Of a DNA stretch of 64,000 bases, positions 7,949 to 16,679 are shown piece by piece (within the stretch, counting starts at the first letter, position 1; each line of letters opens with the position of its first letter). Below the pieces are notes generated by a model. That model worked only from the letters and a program-made list of their open reading frames with translations, ran no database searches and had not been told where the DNA came from. The position numbers and the translations under genes are program-made. The stretch is from the IMG/VR virus record IMGVR_UViG_3300048907_000144; one strand, 5' to 3'. The DNA is from a virus.

Positions 7949-10258
7949 TTACGGAATCCTAACGAGCATGGGACGGCCGATCGTCGGCGAGGCGGCGGTG
8001 AAGCCAGTCGCCACTGGCAACGTGACGGATGCCCGAGGCGTCCCGATCACTGGAGCACCTACCGTCAAATCGCGCGGAATGAACGTCTTCGTCTGACGCA
8101 AAAGCCGCTCGAAGTCGGCACGCTGCGCTGCCACAACTGCCGTCAGCGCAGCTACGTCCGCGCGAAGCTGCTCGACCTCGGACATGTCGATTTGCAGCTT
8201 CTTGTCCGCCATCGACAGCGGCTTGACCGGGATGATCTCCTCAGCGGGACCGCGCCCGGGAGCCGTGCGGCCGGGAAACGTACCACTCGACAGCGTCAGC
8301 TCGATCTCATCATTCAGGTTGGCGAAGATTGCTTGCTTAACCGGCCGGCCGAACTGAGTGTCGTCGTCGTCGTAGAACTCGGCTTTTGGATCGCGAGACC
8401 AGCGCTTGACCCGCGTTGTCAGCCACACCATCGGCGGCGCGAGCCATTCAGCATCCGGTTGCGAGAACTGCGGCCGGCCTGTCTCGAAGTCGAGTACCGC
8501 CAGGATGTGGGAGCGCTTGAGCACAGGCTGCGCGATCACGGGAGAGCCGACCGTCAGCCCAGCAGCCACCAGCGGCGGCGCGATTGTCCCGAGCTTCGGC
8601 GTGCCGATGACTGGACTCGGATTCGTCAGACGCGGCGCGAAGATCGGGTACTTCTGGCTCAGTACAGCGACCGGGATCGTCGGACGCCCGACCGCCATCG
8701 AGGATGCGAACAGCGGCGCGCCTTGAGAGGCAACCGGCACGCCGATGACCGGCGACCCTGCCGCCAAGCCAGTCGCGATGATTACCTGCTTCTGCTTCAG
8801 GACCAACGTGCCGAACGACGGCGAGATGGTCGAGAAGTTGAACGCCTGAAACGCGTGGCGCTGCGACGTGATCGTTGCGGCACTGACCGTGGGAGCGGAC
8901 ACGGCCAAGTTGGACGCGAGCAGATTGATCTTGAGGGCGACCGTCCCGGTCCCAAGCGCCGGAGCGCCAGCCGCGAGGCTCGATGCGCTGAGGATGTGCG
9001 TCTGTGCCAGCGTGCTCGAGCTGATGGCTGGAGAACCGGCCGCGAGCGCCACAGCGACGGGAGCATGGGACTGCCCGAACGTTGCAACGCCCACGGTCGG
9101 AGCGGAAGCCGTCAGCGAAGCTGCGGACAGGACGTAGGACTGCCCGCAAGCCGGGACGCCGAGGACAGGAGCGCCGGCAGAGGCAGCAACGGCCGCCAGC
9201 GGGACCTTCTGATTAAATACGGCAACGTCTAGGACTGGCGACCCTGCGGAAGCCGGGTTGGCCGCCAGGACGTGCTTTTGGCCAATTAAAGGCGCTCCTA
9301 GGGCCGGAGCGGAGCCCGCCAGTGCGTTTGCCGTGAGAGCGTGGCCCTGAGCAAGGGCGGACGCTCCAACCGCTGGAGACCCGGTTTCCAGGGCTGTAGC
9401 AGCCAGGGCGTAGGCCTGGGTGATTGTGCCCGCGTCCAGGGTCGGGCTAGACACCGCGAGGTTGCTCGCGGTCACCGCGACGGCCGTGACCGGCCGAGGA
9501 GTGCCACGCCAGCCTACAGGACGCCAGTAGTAGCGGTCGGCCGTGACCGGAGGGACGTTCGACCCCTGTGTGAGGGTGCCGGGCGAGCTGCCCACGGGGG
9601 ACAGCGTGCGGTCGGCAACGCCGTTCTTGACACGATTGAAACCCGCGTTCGCGATGGTCTCAAGCGGCCAGTACGCTTGCAGCGCGGATGGCCGCACGAA
9701 CAGCGGCGACATTCCGCGCCCAAGCGCCGCCACCTCCGCATCGGTCAACGCCACGTTCCAGACGGCAACATCCGCCATGCAAAGAAGCGCATCACCGGAC
9801 GCGATGGTGAACGATGGAACCCAAAGGCCGCCCATTGCTGTGACGGTGATGCTCAGAGGCTGGACGCTGGTAGCGCCGGTGCCCTTGAAGCCGCCGTTCA
9901 AGAAAGCCGCGCGAGCCGTGTTTGAGGTGAATACGCCGCAGACGTGAAACCACACGTTAGCTGCAGCCGCGATGCCGCTCGACGTCGAGATTACGGTTTG
10001 GTTCGGCGATCCACTGGTAGCAGCGACCACCGCCAGCGCATTTAAGTTGTTGCTCCCGTCCGTCCCACCTTTGAGCATAAAGAATGAAGGCGTCGTGGCA
10101 TCGCTGCTGAGAGCAATGCAATAGCCGTTTGAGTTGGCAGTCGGAGTCGCCGGGAAAGACAACCATCCGGCCAAGGTGAGTGGTTCGACAGAGGCGGGGA
10201 CGTTCGTCGCCGTCGGTCTACCGAAAACTAGGTTCCCGGTTTTGAAGTCGATCGCCAC
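7949..10258 (-). CDS. putative tail fibre/adhesin: N-terminal LamG/concanavalin-A-like domain + about 15 tandem 23-aa repeats
   Basis: WFHVCGVF...AFLNG...MADVAVWNVALTDAEVAAL (LamG-like); repeats of QxHxLxAxxLxxGSPxLGxxxL. Confidence 0.75.
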   Translation of the reverse strand: MAIDFKTGNLVFGRPTATNVPASVEPLTLAGWLSFPATPTANSNGYCIALSSDATTPSFFMLKGGTDGSNNLNALAVVAATSGSPNQTVISTSSGIAAAANVWFHVCGVFTSNTARAAFLNGGFKGTGATSVQPLSITVTAMGGLWVPSFTIASGDALLCMADVAVWNVALTDAEVAALGRGMSPLFVRPSALQAYWPLETIANAGFNRVKNGVADRTLSPVGSSPGTLTQGSNVPPVTADRYYWRPVGWRGTPRPVTAVAVTASNLAVSSPTLDAGTITQAYALAATALETGSPAVGASALAQGHALTANALAGSAPALGAPLIGQKHVLAANPASAGSPVLDVAVFNQKVPLAAVAASAGAPVLGVPACGQSYVLSAASLTASAPTVGVATFGQSHAPVAVALAAGSPAISSSTLAQTHILSASSLAAGAPALGTGTVALKINLLASNLAVSAPTVSAATITSQRHAFQAFNFSTISPSFGTLVLKQKQVIIATGLAAGSPVIGVPVASQGAPLFASSMAVGRPTIPVAVLSQKYPIFAPRLTNPSPVIGTPKLGTIAPPLVAAGLTVGSPVIAQPVLKRSHILAVLDFETGRPQFSQPDAEWLAPPMVWLTTRVKRWSRDPKAEFYDDDDTQFGRPVKQAIFANLNDEIELTLSSGTFPGRTAPGRGPAEEIIPVKPLSMADKKLQIDMSEVEQLRADVAALTAVVAAQRADFERLLRQTKTFIPRDLTVGAPVIGTPRASVTLPVATGFTAASPTIGRPMLVRIP

Positions 10259-10261
10259 GGA

Positions 10262-10771
10262 CTACACGTCCGCATATTCAAAACTAGCGTTATGGACTGT
10301 GATGTCGGCGGCGCACGTGTCGTTGCTGGCGCTGTCGAACCGCTCAATCAGGTACTCGACCAGCGCGCCAGCAGAGAAGTTGGCGGCCGTGACCGCAAGT
10401 GTCGCGTCCATCTTGCGATGGGCGGCACCGGGCGCGGCGTTGGTCGTACTGCTTACCTGCTCGGTCTGCGATGTCTGGTCGAGCGAGGTTGTGTTGCTGC
10501 CGGTCACGATGCGGTAGGTGAGGCGGAACGCGGCGTTGCCGGTGATCGCGGTCGTCGTCCAGTTGAGCTTGAACGCGGCGGCGGAGACGTAGTTCTGCGG
10601 CACCTCGAAGATGCCGTACCAACCGTGATTGTTGGTCGCCGGGTTGGCGAGCCGGATGACGCCGTGCTTCCAGATGTCGTTGGTGGCGGCGACGTCGTAC
10701 GGCTCAACCCAACACCGTCCGGTGTTGTCGGGCTGGACCGCCTGCAGGATGCTTATGCGATGAGTAGCCAT
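10262..10771 (-). CDS. putative virion/tail accessory beta-sandwich protein
   Basis: Start reassigned to MATHRIS (ATG overlaps previous stop); Thr/Ala-rich beta-type composition. Confidence 0.65.
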   Translation of the reverse strand: MATHRISILQAVQPDNTGRCWVEPYDVAATNDIWKHGVIRLANPATNNHGWYGIFEVPQNYVSAAAFKLNWTTTAITGNAAFRLTYRIVTGSNTTSLDQTSQTEQVSSTTNAAPGAAHRKMDATLAVTAANFSAGALVEYLIERFDSASNDTCAADITVHNASFEYADV

Positions 10772-11022
10772 CAGACCTTGAGTCCTTGCCTGCGCGCGTA
10801 CATCGTCGTCCACGCCATGAACAGCATCTCTTTCATCTGCGCATTGAACACGCCGGGAGCTGCCGCCTCGATGTCGTTGGCGATCGCTTGCTTGGTGCCG
10901 GGAGCTAACACGCGGTCCTCGATCGACTGAAACGCCGCCCTGATCTGCGGCTTGGTCCAAGTCTGAACGTCGGTGTTGTTGTTGATGATCCGCATCAGCT
11001 CGATGCCCTCGTCCATCGTCAT
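10771..11022 (-). CDS. hypothetical protein
   Basis: MTMDEGIELMRII...; ATGA overlap with the glycosyltransferase stop. Confidence 0.6.
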   Translation of the reverse strand: MTMDEGIELMRIINNNTDVQTWTKPQIRAAFQSIEDRVLAPGTKQAIANDIEAAAPGVFNAQMKEMLFMAWTTMYARRQGLKV

Positions 11023-12887
11023 CGCGGCCATGGGAATCGCTCCAACTCTACCATCACGGTGTTGATCACGGACTGCCAGTCGCGGAATCGCGGCTGGCGG
11101 AAGATGCGAACGTTCGGGTACCAGATCGTCTGACTGCCCTTGAGCCCCCAGCGAAAGTCTGGGTCCCAGCTCAGCAGCAGCCAGGTCGGCACGCCAAGCG
11201 CGCCCGCAAGATGCGCGATGCTGGTGTCGACCGTGATGATCAGGTCGAGCGCCTTGATCGCCGCCGCCGTCATCGCGAAGCTGTCGAACTGGCCCTGCTG
11301 GTCGAGCGGGAACACTGGCCCCCACTTGCGCACCAGCGGCATCAGAAGCTCTTTCGGCACGTCGCGCGTGTATGGCCGCTCGCTCGAGGCGCTGCCTTTG
11401 TGGCACAGCCCGATCCGCGCCCCATGCAGCGGACCCTCGGGCGTGTGCCCGATCCGGACGTGGCCTTCGCCCCGCCAGTTGGCCACCAGCTCTGGGTCGG
11501 CTTCGAGGTAGAAGTCCCCAACCACGATCATCTCGCGGGTCGCACCGATGGCCCAGGGAACGGAGGGAAGCGGAAGCTGGAGGGAATAGGGAGGAAGGGA
11601 GCGACCAAGTCGGTACAGCCGGTTCTGGAAGCTGTTGTTAAGGCCAATACCAGACTGATCGAACAGCTCGTACAGCTCAGGCCGACACTCCAGCATCGCG
11701 TTGGGAGCACGCTGGAGCACATGCTCGTAGAACCGCACGAACATGATGTTGTCGCCGAAGCCCTGCTCTGACCAGATCAGAAGAGGCTGATCTGTTGAAA
11801 TTCCGTCCCAGCGCTCGACGCCTTCGGGAAACGTGCGGTCGCCGCCGAACTGGTGGCGATTGGGCTGGCGGTGCCTGATCTCGTAGCCTTCCCAGCTCTC
11901 GCGGTTGTAGACGCCGTCTTGCAACGTCATCAGCCCGAGCAGCGCTCGCGTTGGCTGGTGGTCGGGATTGCGTGCTAGGTTCTCGTCGATCAACTCGCGG
12001 GCAAAATCGCGATCCTGCATGAGGTTGGAATAATGGGCAGCCATCCACCGGGACTGCAAATCGTCGGGATCGCGATCGGCATACTTGAGGTAGCGTGCGC
12101 GTTCACGGTTGAACATCTCGTCGTCGTCGCGGTAGTCCGACACTTCCTCGAGCGCCTCGACTGAATAGCCGGCCTCGTCAGGCACGCACACGTTCATGAT
12201 GCTGACTAGCGACCCGAACACGTTGCGCTTGTCGCCGCGAAAGTTGTCGATGTTAAACAGGTAGGGCCGGTGCCAAAACAGTCGGTAACCGTGGTCGATC
12301 AGCCACGCGACCATCGCCTCGCGCTTCTCGTTGATTTCGTTCTCGATGTAGATGATCGGCCGGCAGCGCTCGATCGTTTCTACTGCGCCGTTGAGCACCT
12401 CGAGCTCGTGCCCGTCCACGTCAATCTTGATCAGCTTGCAGCGCGGGAGCTGCAGGCTGTCGATCGTCGTGCACGTGACCTCGAACTCGCCCTCGTTGAT
12501 GTCCTTGCGGCTATAGGCGTGAAGTGCGGATTGCTTGTCGACCTTGAGCGTGCCGTCCTTGTCGCTGGCAGCGCACGGCATGATCGTTACGAGATCGGCG
12601 CACTGGTTTTGCCGGACGTTCTCCGTCAGCAGCACCACGTTTGCCGTGCTGGCCTCGAACGCATAAACAAGGCCGGAGGGTGTAACCAAGTCTGCCATCG
12701 GGATCGTGAAGGCGCCAATGTTGGCGCCTACATCGATTGCCATATCTCCTGGCCGGAGGACCTTGCGGAAGACGTCGACCTCACCCTCGCTGTACTCTCC
12801 GTATGTCGCGAGCGAAAGCCCGACCAGCTCATCCTCGTCGAAGATCGTAAAGCGACCATGACGAGTCTCGACCGTTTTCGTCTGCAT
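11019..12887 (-). CDS. FkbM-family methyltransferase / TPR / GT9-like glycosyltransferase fusion
   Basis: IDVGANIGAFT, YAFEA, LIKIDVDGHELEVLNGA (FkbM); EQGFGDNIMFVR, LDLIITVDTSIAHLAGALGVPTWLLL, RWG...WYP..RIFRQ (GT9-like). Confidence 0.9.
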   Translation of the reverse strand: MQTKTVETRHGRFTIFDEDELVGLSLATYGEYSEGEVDVFRKVLRPGDMAIDVGANIGAFTIPMADLVTPSGLVYAFEASTANVVLLTENVRQNQCADLVTIMPCAASDKDGTLKVDKQSALHAYSRKDINEGEFEVTCTTIDSLQLPRCKLIKIDVDGHELEVLNGAVETIERCRPIIYIENEINEKREAMVAWLIDHGYRLFWHRPYLFNIDNFRGDKRNVFGSLVSIMNVCVPDEAGYSVEALEEVSDYRDDDEMFNRERARYLKYADRDPDDLQSRWMAAHYSNLMQDRDFARELIDENLARNPDHQPTRALLGLMTLQDGVYNRESWEGYEIRHRQPNRHQFGGDRTFPEGVERWDGISTDQPLLIWSEQGFGDNIMFVRFYEHVLQRAPNAMLECRPELYELFDQSGIGLNNSFQNRLYRLGRSLPPYSLQLPLPSVPWAIGATREMIVVGDFYLEADPELVANWRGEGHVRIGHTPEGPLHGARIGLCHKGSASSERPYTRDVPKELLMPLVRKWGPVFPLDQQGQFDSFAMTAAAIKALDLIITVDTSIAHLAGALGVPTWLLLSWDPDFRWGLKGSQTIWYPNVRIFRQPRFRDWQSVINTVMVELERFPWPR

Positions 12888-12922
12888 CGGTGCCCTGGAT
12901 GTTCCGTGCAAAGCCTGTCCTC

Positions 12923-13120
12923 CTATTCTAGATTCCTCCAATGAGTAAGGTCGCCGATCTTGCCGCCGACCGCTATAACGTCGTCCTTCCAGAACGCCTG
13001 CACGACGTGGTTCTCGGCATCTTTCACCTCGACCACGCTACCGTCACGTGGGAACGTGCCGATCGGTTGCCATCCGCGCGTGACGATCAGGTCGGGGGCG
13101 GTGAAGTGGTGGACTGCCAT
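12923..13120 (-). CDS. small DUF551-like hypothetical protein
   Basis: WQPIGTFPRDGS...LTHW pattern common in phage small proteins. Confidence 0.55.
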   Translation of the reverse strand: MAVHHFTAPDLIVTRGWQPIGTFPRDGSVVEVKDAENHVVQAFWKDDVIAVGGKIGDLTHWRNLE

Positions 13121-13401
13121 TAGTTGTCGTCCTTCTCCTTCTGCCGCTTCACGGCTTCGGCGTTGGCTTCCTCGCCTTCGCGCTGCCGTTCGGCCCGCTC
13201 CTTTTCCTTGGCCTCGGCCCGCTCCTTTTCCTTTTCCGGATCAGGCGGCTGGCCCTTGCCGGCGTCGTCGATCAGCTTAATCAGCACCTGTGCTGTCTCA
13301 GCCGAGACTGTGCCGCCGTTCGCGCCGAGCTGCCTGAACTCCCACAACAGCTTCTCGTCGATTTCTTCCGGGGTGGCATCGCCTGGAACACCTTCGGCCA
13401 T
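13120..13401 (-). CDS. hypothetical protein with charged tail
   Basis: AAGGAG RBS; MAEGVPGD...KEKERAE repeats. Confidence 0.65.
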   Translation of the reverse strand: MAEGVPGDATPEEIDEKLLWEFRQLGANGGTVSAETAQVLIKLIDDAGKGQPPDPEKEKERAEAKEKERAERQREGEEANAEAVKRQKEKDDN

Positions 13402-13428
13402 GTGAGTCTCCTTTGGTTGGGAAATGGT

Positions 13429-13464
13429 GGGAGCTGGACCAGAGGTGTGGGAGGACCAGCTCCC
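13429..13464 (-). promoter_or_regulatory. 9-bp-stem hairpin in intergenic region
   Basis: GGGAGCTGG (13429-37) / CCAGCTCCC (13456-64). Confidence 0.45.
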
Positions 13465-13517
13465 TGGCGGTCGCACCCGGAGGAAGGCGCAAGGGCGCGA
13501 TCACCGAGTCCTGTCTA

Positions 13518-14051
13518 CTACGGCGGCGCGCCAAAGTAATGCATGTATGCTTTGCGGTAGTCCTTCATCATCCGTCGCGCCTTCGCCAGCGACAGATGGC
13601 CCTTGCAGTATTCCTTGCTTACCCGAACCTCGAGCCGGTCTTTGCGGGAGGCATTCCATGGCGCTGTGCCGTATGGCTGCGGCCAGAGGTTCTTTACATC
13701 GTCAGCGCCGCCGAGAGAGCGCGGGATCAGGTGATCGATCTCGCAGCGCCGTCCATGCTTGTCCTGCTCGCACGCTTCGTCCTTGGGGCCGCTCAGACCG
13801 TAATCGTGGTAAACAGACAGCTTCATCTTTGCTGTGACAAAGCGCTTGTCGACGCCCCACTTGGTCGAGCAGATCGTCTTTTTGCTTAGCGGCCGTGTCT
13901 TGCCGGGAGTCTTCGCCGGGTCCTGCAGCGTCAGGTCTGGTGGTACATCTTCCTTGTTCTGTGCATGCGCCGGAGTGACCAGCAGCGCCAGAACGATTAC
14001 CCACCAATGTCGTTGATGGCCTTGAGCATCTTTGCCCGCCATTTGTCCCAA
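13518..14051 (-). CDS. signal-peptide-bearing HNH/His-Me finger nuclease-like protein
   Basis: WWVIVLALLVTPAHA signal; EIDHLIPRSLGGADDVKNLWPQP...RKDRLE; start uncertain. Confidence 0.75.
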   Translation of the reverse strand: MGQMAGKDAQGHQRHWWVIVLALLVTPAHAQNKEDVPPDLTLQDPAKTPGKTRPLSKKTICSTKWGVDKRFVTAKMKLSVYHDYGLSGPKDEACEQDKHGRRCEIDHLIPRSLGGADDVKNLWPQPYGTAPWNASRKDRLEVRVSKEYCKGHLSLAKARRMMKDYRKAYMHYFGAPP

Positions 14052-14236
14052 CTCCAGCCGGTGCCCCAGCCACCTCGGCTGTCCATCGCGAGCAGTTCCT
14101 TACGCAAGATGTCGAGGATGCGCTCGCGCTCCTCTTTCACGGCGCGGTCGATCACGTCCTGCTGCTGCCGGTCGGTCAGTCCGGTCGGGACGTGCCGCTC
14201 GGTGATGATCGGTTGGTAGCCAGGAGAGCTGGCCAT
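13997..14236 (-). CDS. hypothetical protein
   Basis: ORF track; follows 14240 gene with a 3-nt gap. Confidence 0.55.
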   Translation of the reverse strand: MASSPGYQPIITERHVPTGLTDRQQQDVIDRAVKEERERILDILRKELLAMDSRGGWGTGWSWDKWRAKMLKAINDIGG

Positions 14237-14239
14237 GAC

Positions 14240-14620
14240 TTACGATGCCGGGATTTTTATGGAGAAGGACGCAAGGGTGAACGTATTGCCAGCTGTCACA
14301 ACCTGCGCCCCGCTCAGCGTCCCGTGTGCGTGGAGTGTCCCAGCGGCATAAGCAGCCCACCAGCTCGCCGTGCCAGACGTTGTGATCGTGCCGTCAGACA
14401 CCGCGATGCTGGCCACTTGGCGGCCGTTTGGCGCGCCGGCGCTAGGACTGCCGAATGCCGCGCCCGCGCCCCAGTTTTTGAAGCCAAGCAAGCCGGACGT
14501 CGCCGCGATCCCAATGCTCGTCGGCTCCGAGCTGCAGATGCTGACGAAGCTCGACTCCGTGTCGAGCACGTTGAGGCCAAAGTCCAGCACGCGATCTTCT
14601 AAGCTGGCAACCATGTTCAA
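14240..14620 (-). CDS. putative minor tail protein
   Basis: DGTITTSGTASWWA...VTAGNTFTLASFSIKIP pattern typical of small phage tail proteins. Confidence 0.65.
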   Translation of the reverse strand: MNMVASLEDRVLDFGLNVLDTESSFVSICSSEPTSIGIAATSGLLGFKNWGAGAAFGSPSAGAPNGRQVASIAVSDGTITTSGTASWWAAYAAGTLHAHGTLSGAQVVTAGNTFTLASFSIKIPAS

Positions 14621-14631
14621 ATCTCCTCAAG

Positions 14632-15837
14632 TTAACCTTGGTTCGGTGCTGGTTTCGGCAGGCCGAATGCGGTGCCGACATTTGCTCCTCCGGGCGCGCC
14701 GTACATCGGCAGCACGCTCAAATAAGTGAGGTAGCCAGTGCGCGAGTAGACGTGCTCGGCTTGCGTGATCAGGTACAGGCCGTCGACCCCGGGACGCGCG
14801 CCCATCAGGTGGACCATACTGTTCCACCGCGCGGTCGGCTCGCCGTTCATCACGATCGTGCCGTTGCCCATGTACGAGGAGTCGGACGCCTCCTGCGCAC
14901 CCTGGTTGTCCTGCTGGGCCGCGCTCTCGGTCGCAGCCGCCGCCGGATTTTGGGTGTTGGAGCCAGCTAACGAGCCGGGGCCTTCCTTCTGCCCGAAGCC
15001 TTGTGTGAGCAGGTTGTAGCCAGCCTTCTTGGTGTCGTACCACTGCTGTTTCGATCCGGCGAAAGCCGCACGCGCCGCGAACGGCCGCACCCGCCACGAG
15101 ATCAGGTTGTCGCGCCAGCGCGCGATGCAGCTCACACCGCGCTGACCGCGCTTCTCGATGTCGACCTGATCGCCGCTATGGAATTGATGAACGAACCCGA
15201 ACTTGTCGCCCAGGTTCATGACCTCGTGCATCGGGCTAGCGTTGGCGATCGCCCAGTAGTCCTGCTTGAACGCGTCGAAAGCCTCGTTGATCTGAGCGTT
15301 GACGCCCGCGTGCTTGGTGATTTGTTTCAGCCAATCCGGCAGGCCGTGCAAGTCACCTTCCTTCTTGCCAGGAGGTGCGCCCTCACCGAGCCCGTCTTGC
15401 ACCGGCTCCTTGAGCTTGCTGCTGAGCACGTTCGCGCCGTTGGCGTGGACCCACATGCGACGGCCGCCCTGCTTGCGGCCGAACCCGTGCTCGAAGTCCA
15501 TGATCATGCCCGAGAAGGTCTTGTACATCTGCTCGCTGCGCCACCCCAGCTCCACCTGCACCCGCGCCAGCAGCGGCGGGATCGGAAGCCGGCCGTCGCG
15601 GTCGTCGATCTCCAGCTCACACTCCGACGCCACGTCCTTGTCCAGAATCCGACAGCTGATCAGGTGCGGCTCGATCTTCGAGGTGATGTCCACGCCGTCC
15701 ACGGTGACGGTGATGAACGCGCGCAGCCGGCTGGTCTGCTGGATCGTCCCGATGAACGGGTCGAGCTGCCCGATGAGAGTGTCTTCTTTGAACGGGTCGT
15801 ATTGGAACGTTGGGTCGGTGCTGTAGATGTCGGTCAT
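14632..15837 (-). CDS. baseplate hub / late control D-like protein (P2 GpD-like)
   Basis: TVDGVDIT...ECELEIDDRDGRL...VELGW pattern; position after GpX/GpU. Confidence 0.85.
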   Translation of the reverse strand: MTDIYSTDPTFQYDPFKEDTLIGQLDPFIGTIQQTSRLRAFITVTVDGVDITSKIEPHLISCRILDKDVASECELEIDDRDGRLPIPPLLARVQVELGWRSEQMYKTFSGMIMDFEHGFGRKQGGRRMWVHANGANVLSSKLKEPVQDGLGEGAPPGKKEGDLHGLPDWLKQITKHAGVNAQINEAFDAFKQDYWAIANASPMHEVMNLGDKFGFVHQFHSGDQVDIEKRGQRGVSCIARWRDNLISWRVRPFAARAAFAGSKQQWYDTKKAGYNLLTQGFGQKEGPGSLAGSNTQNPAAAATESAAQQDNQGAQEASDSSYMGNGTIVMNGEPTARWNSMVHLMGARPGVDGLYLITQAEHVYSRTGYLTYLSVLPMYGAPGGANVGTAFGLPKPAPNQG

Positions 15838-16157
15838 GGCAGTACCGGTATGGCGGCGGGAGCGGCAGGACCGCCGATCTCACCGCGCAGTCGGTAACCA
15901 GCTCTGTCGGTCCACAGGCTGTCTTGCGGCAGCGAACGCGGCTTGCCCAGCATGAGGCTAGGATCGATCGGCACCCGCACATACACACCGGGCGGTATGA
16001 ACGGTGAGCGGCGATGCGCAAACGCCAAATGCGGGTTCGCGTCCATCATCAGCTCGGTCATGCCGGGAGCGCGCGCCATGTACCTGTTCCAAATGATCAG
16101 GTCGACTGTGACGTTCTCGCTCTCGATGACGTAGAGCTCGAAGCCGGTGACGCCCAT
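15834..16157 (-). CDS. tail protein X (P2 GpX/LysM-like)
   Basis: TVDLIIWNRY...ELMMDANPHLA...IPPGVYVRVP. Confidence 0.8.
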   Translation of the reverse strand: MGVTGFELYVIESENVTVDLIIWNRYMARAPGMTELMMDANPHLAFAHRRSPFIPPGVYVRVPIDPSLMLGKPRSLPQDSLWTDRAGYRLRGEIGGPAAPAAIPVLP

Positions 16158-16678
16158 CAGATGTTCCCCACCGCAGCGTTCTGGGCAAACAGCAAGCCGT
16201 CCGGGTCCTGCGGCGTCGGCACCCGCGCCATCTGCGCTTCGAAGTTGATCTGCTGGCCAAGTCCTTCGCCGCTCAGAAACGTGTTGGCGCGCACCAGCTT
16301 CTCGCACACGAACCAGCCGAGCTTTGTCGTTGGATTTGCGCCGCGCATGAGCAGTTGCGCCAGACCAGCGCGCCGGTTGCCCTCGAACACTTCGATCTGC
16401 GGCACACCGCCAATGCGGTACGGAAACAAGCGGCCGCGCAGGTAGAGCACCTCGTCGTTCTCGCCCACCCACTCGCGGTAGATCGCGGCTCCAGCGATTT
16501 CTTTCTGTGCCCAGTCGGTGTCCGACTCGTGGTCATACTCGTGGATGTTCATCGGCCAAACCCGGAACTCGATGCGCGGCCCCCACAGAAACAGGACGCC
16601 TTGATTGTTTGGGTCGGATGTCTGCAGGTTGAGCCCACGCAGCGCCGGATCGGTCAGGTTGCGCCAATTCGTGGACAT
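16157..16678 (-). CDS. tail tube initiator (P2 GpU-like)
   Basis: WAQKEIAGAAIYREWVGEND...LRGRLFP...LGWFVCEKL pattern; follows tape measure. Confidence 0.8.
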   Translation of the reverse strand: MSTNWRNLTDPALRGLNLQTSDPNNQGVLFLWGPRIEFRVWPMNIHEYDHESDTDWAQKEIAGAAIYREWVGENDEVLYLRGRLFPYRIGGVPQIEVFEGNRRAGLAQLLMRGANPTTKLGWFVCEKLVRANTFLSGEGLGQQINFEAQMARVPTPQDPDGLLFAQNAAVGNI

Positions 16679-16679
16679 G

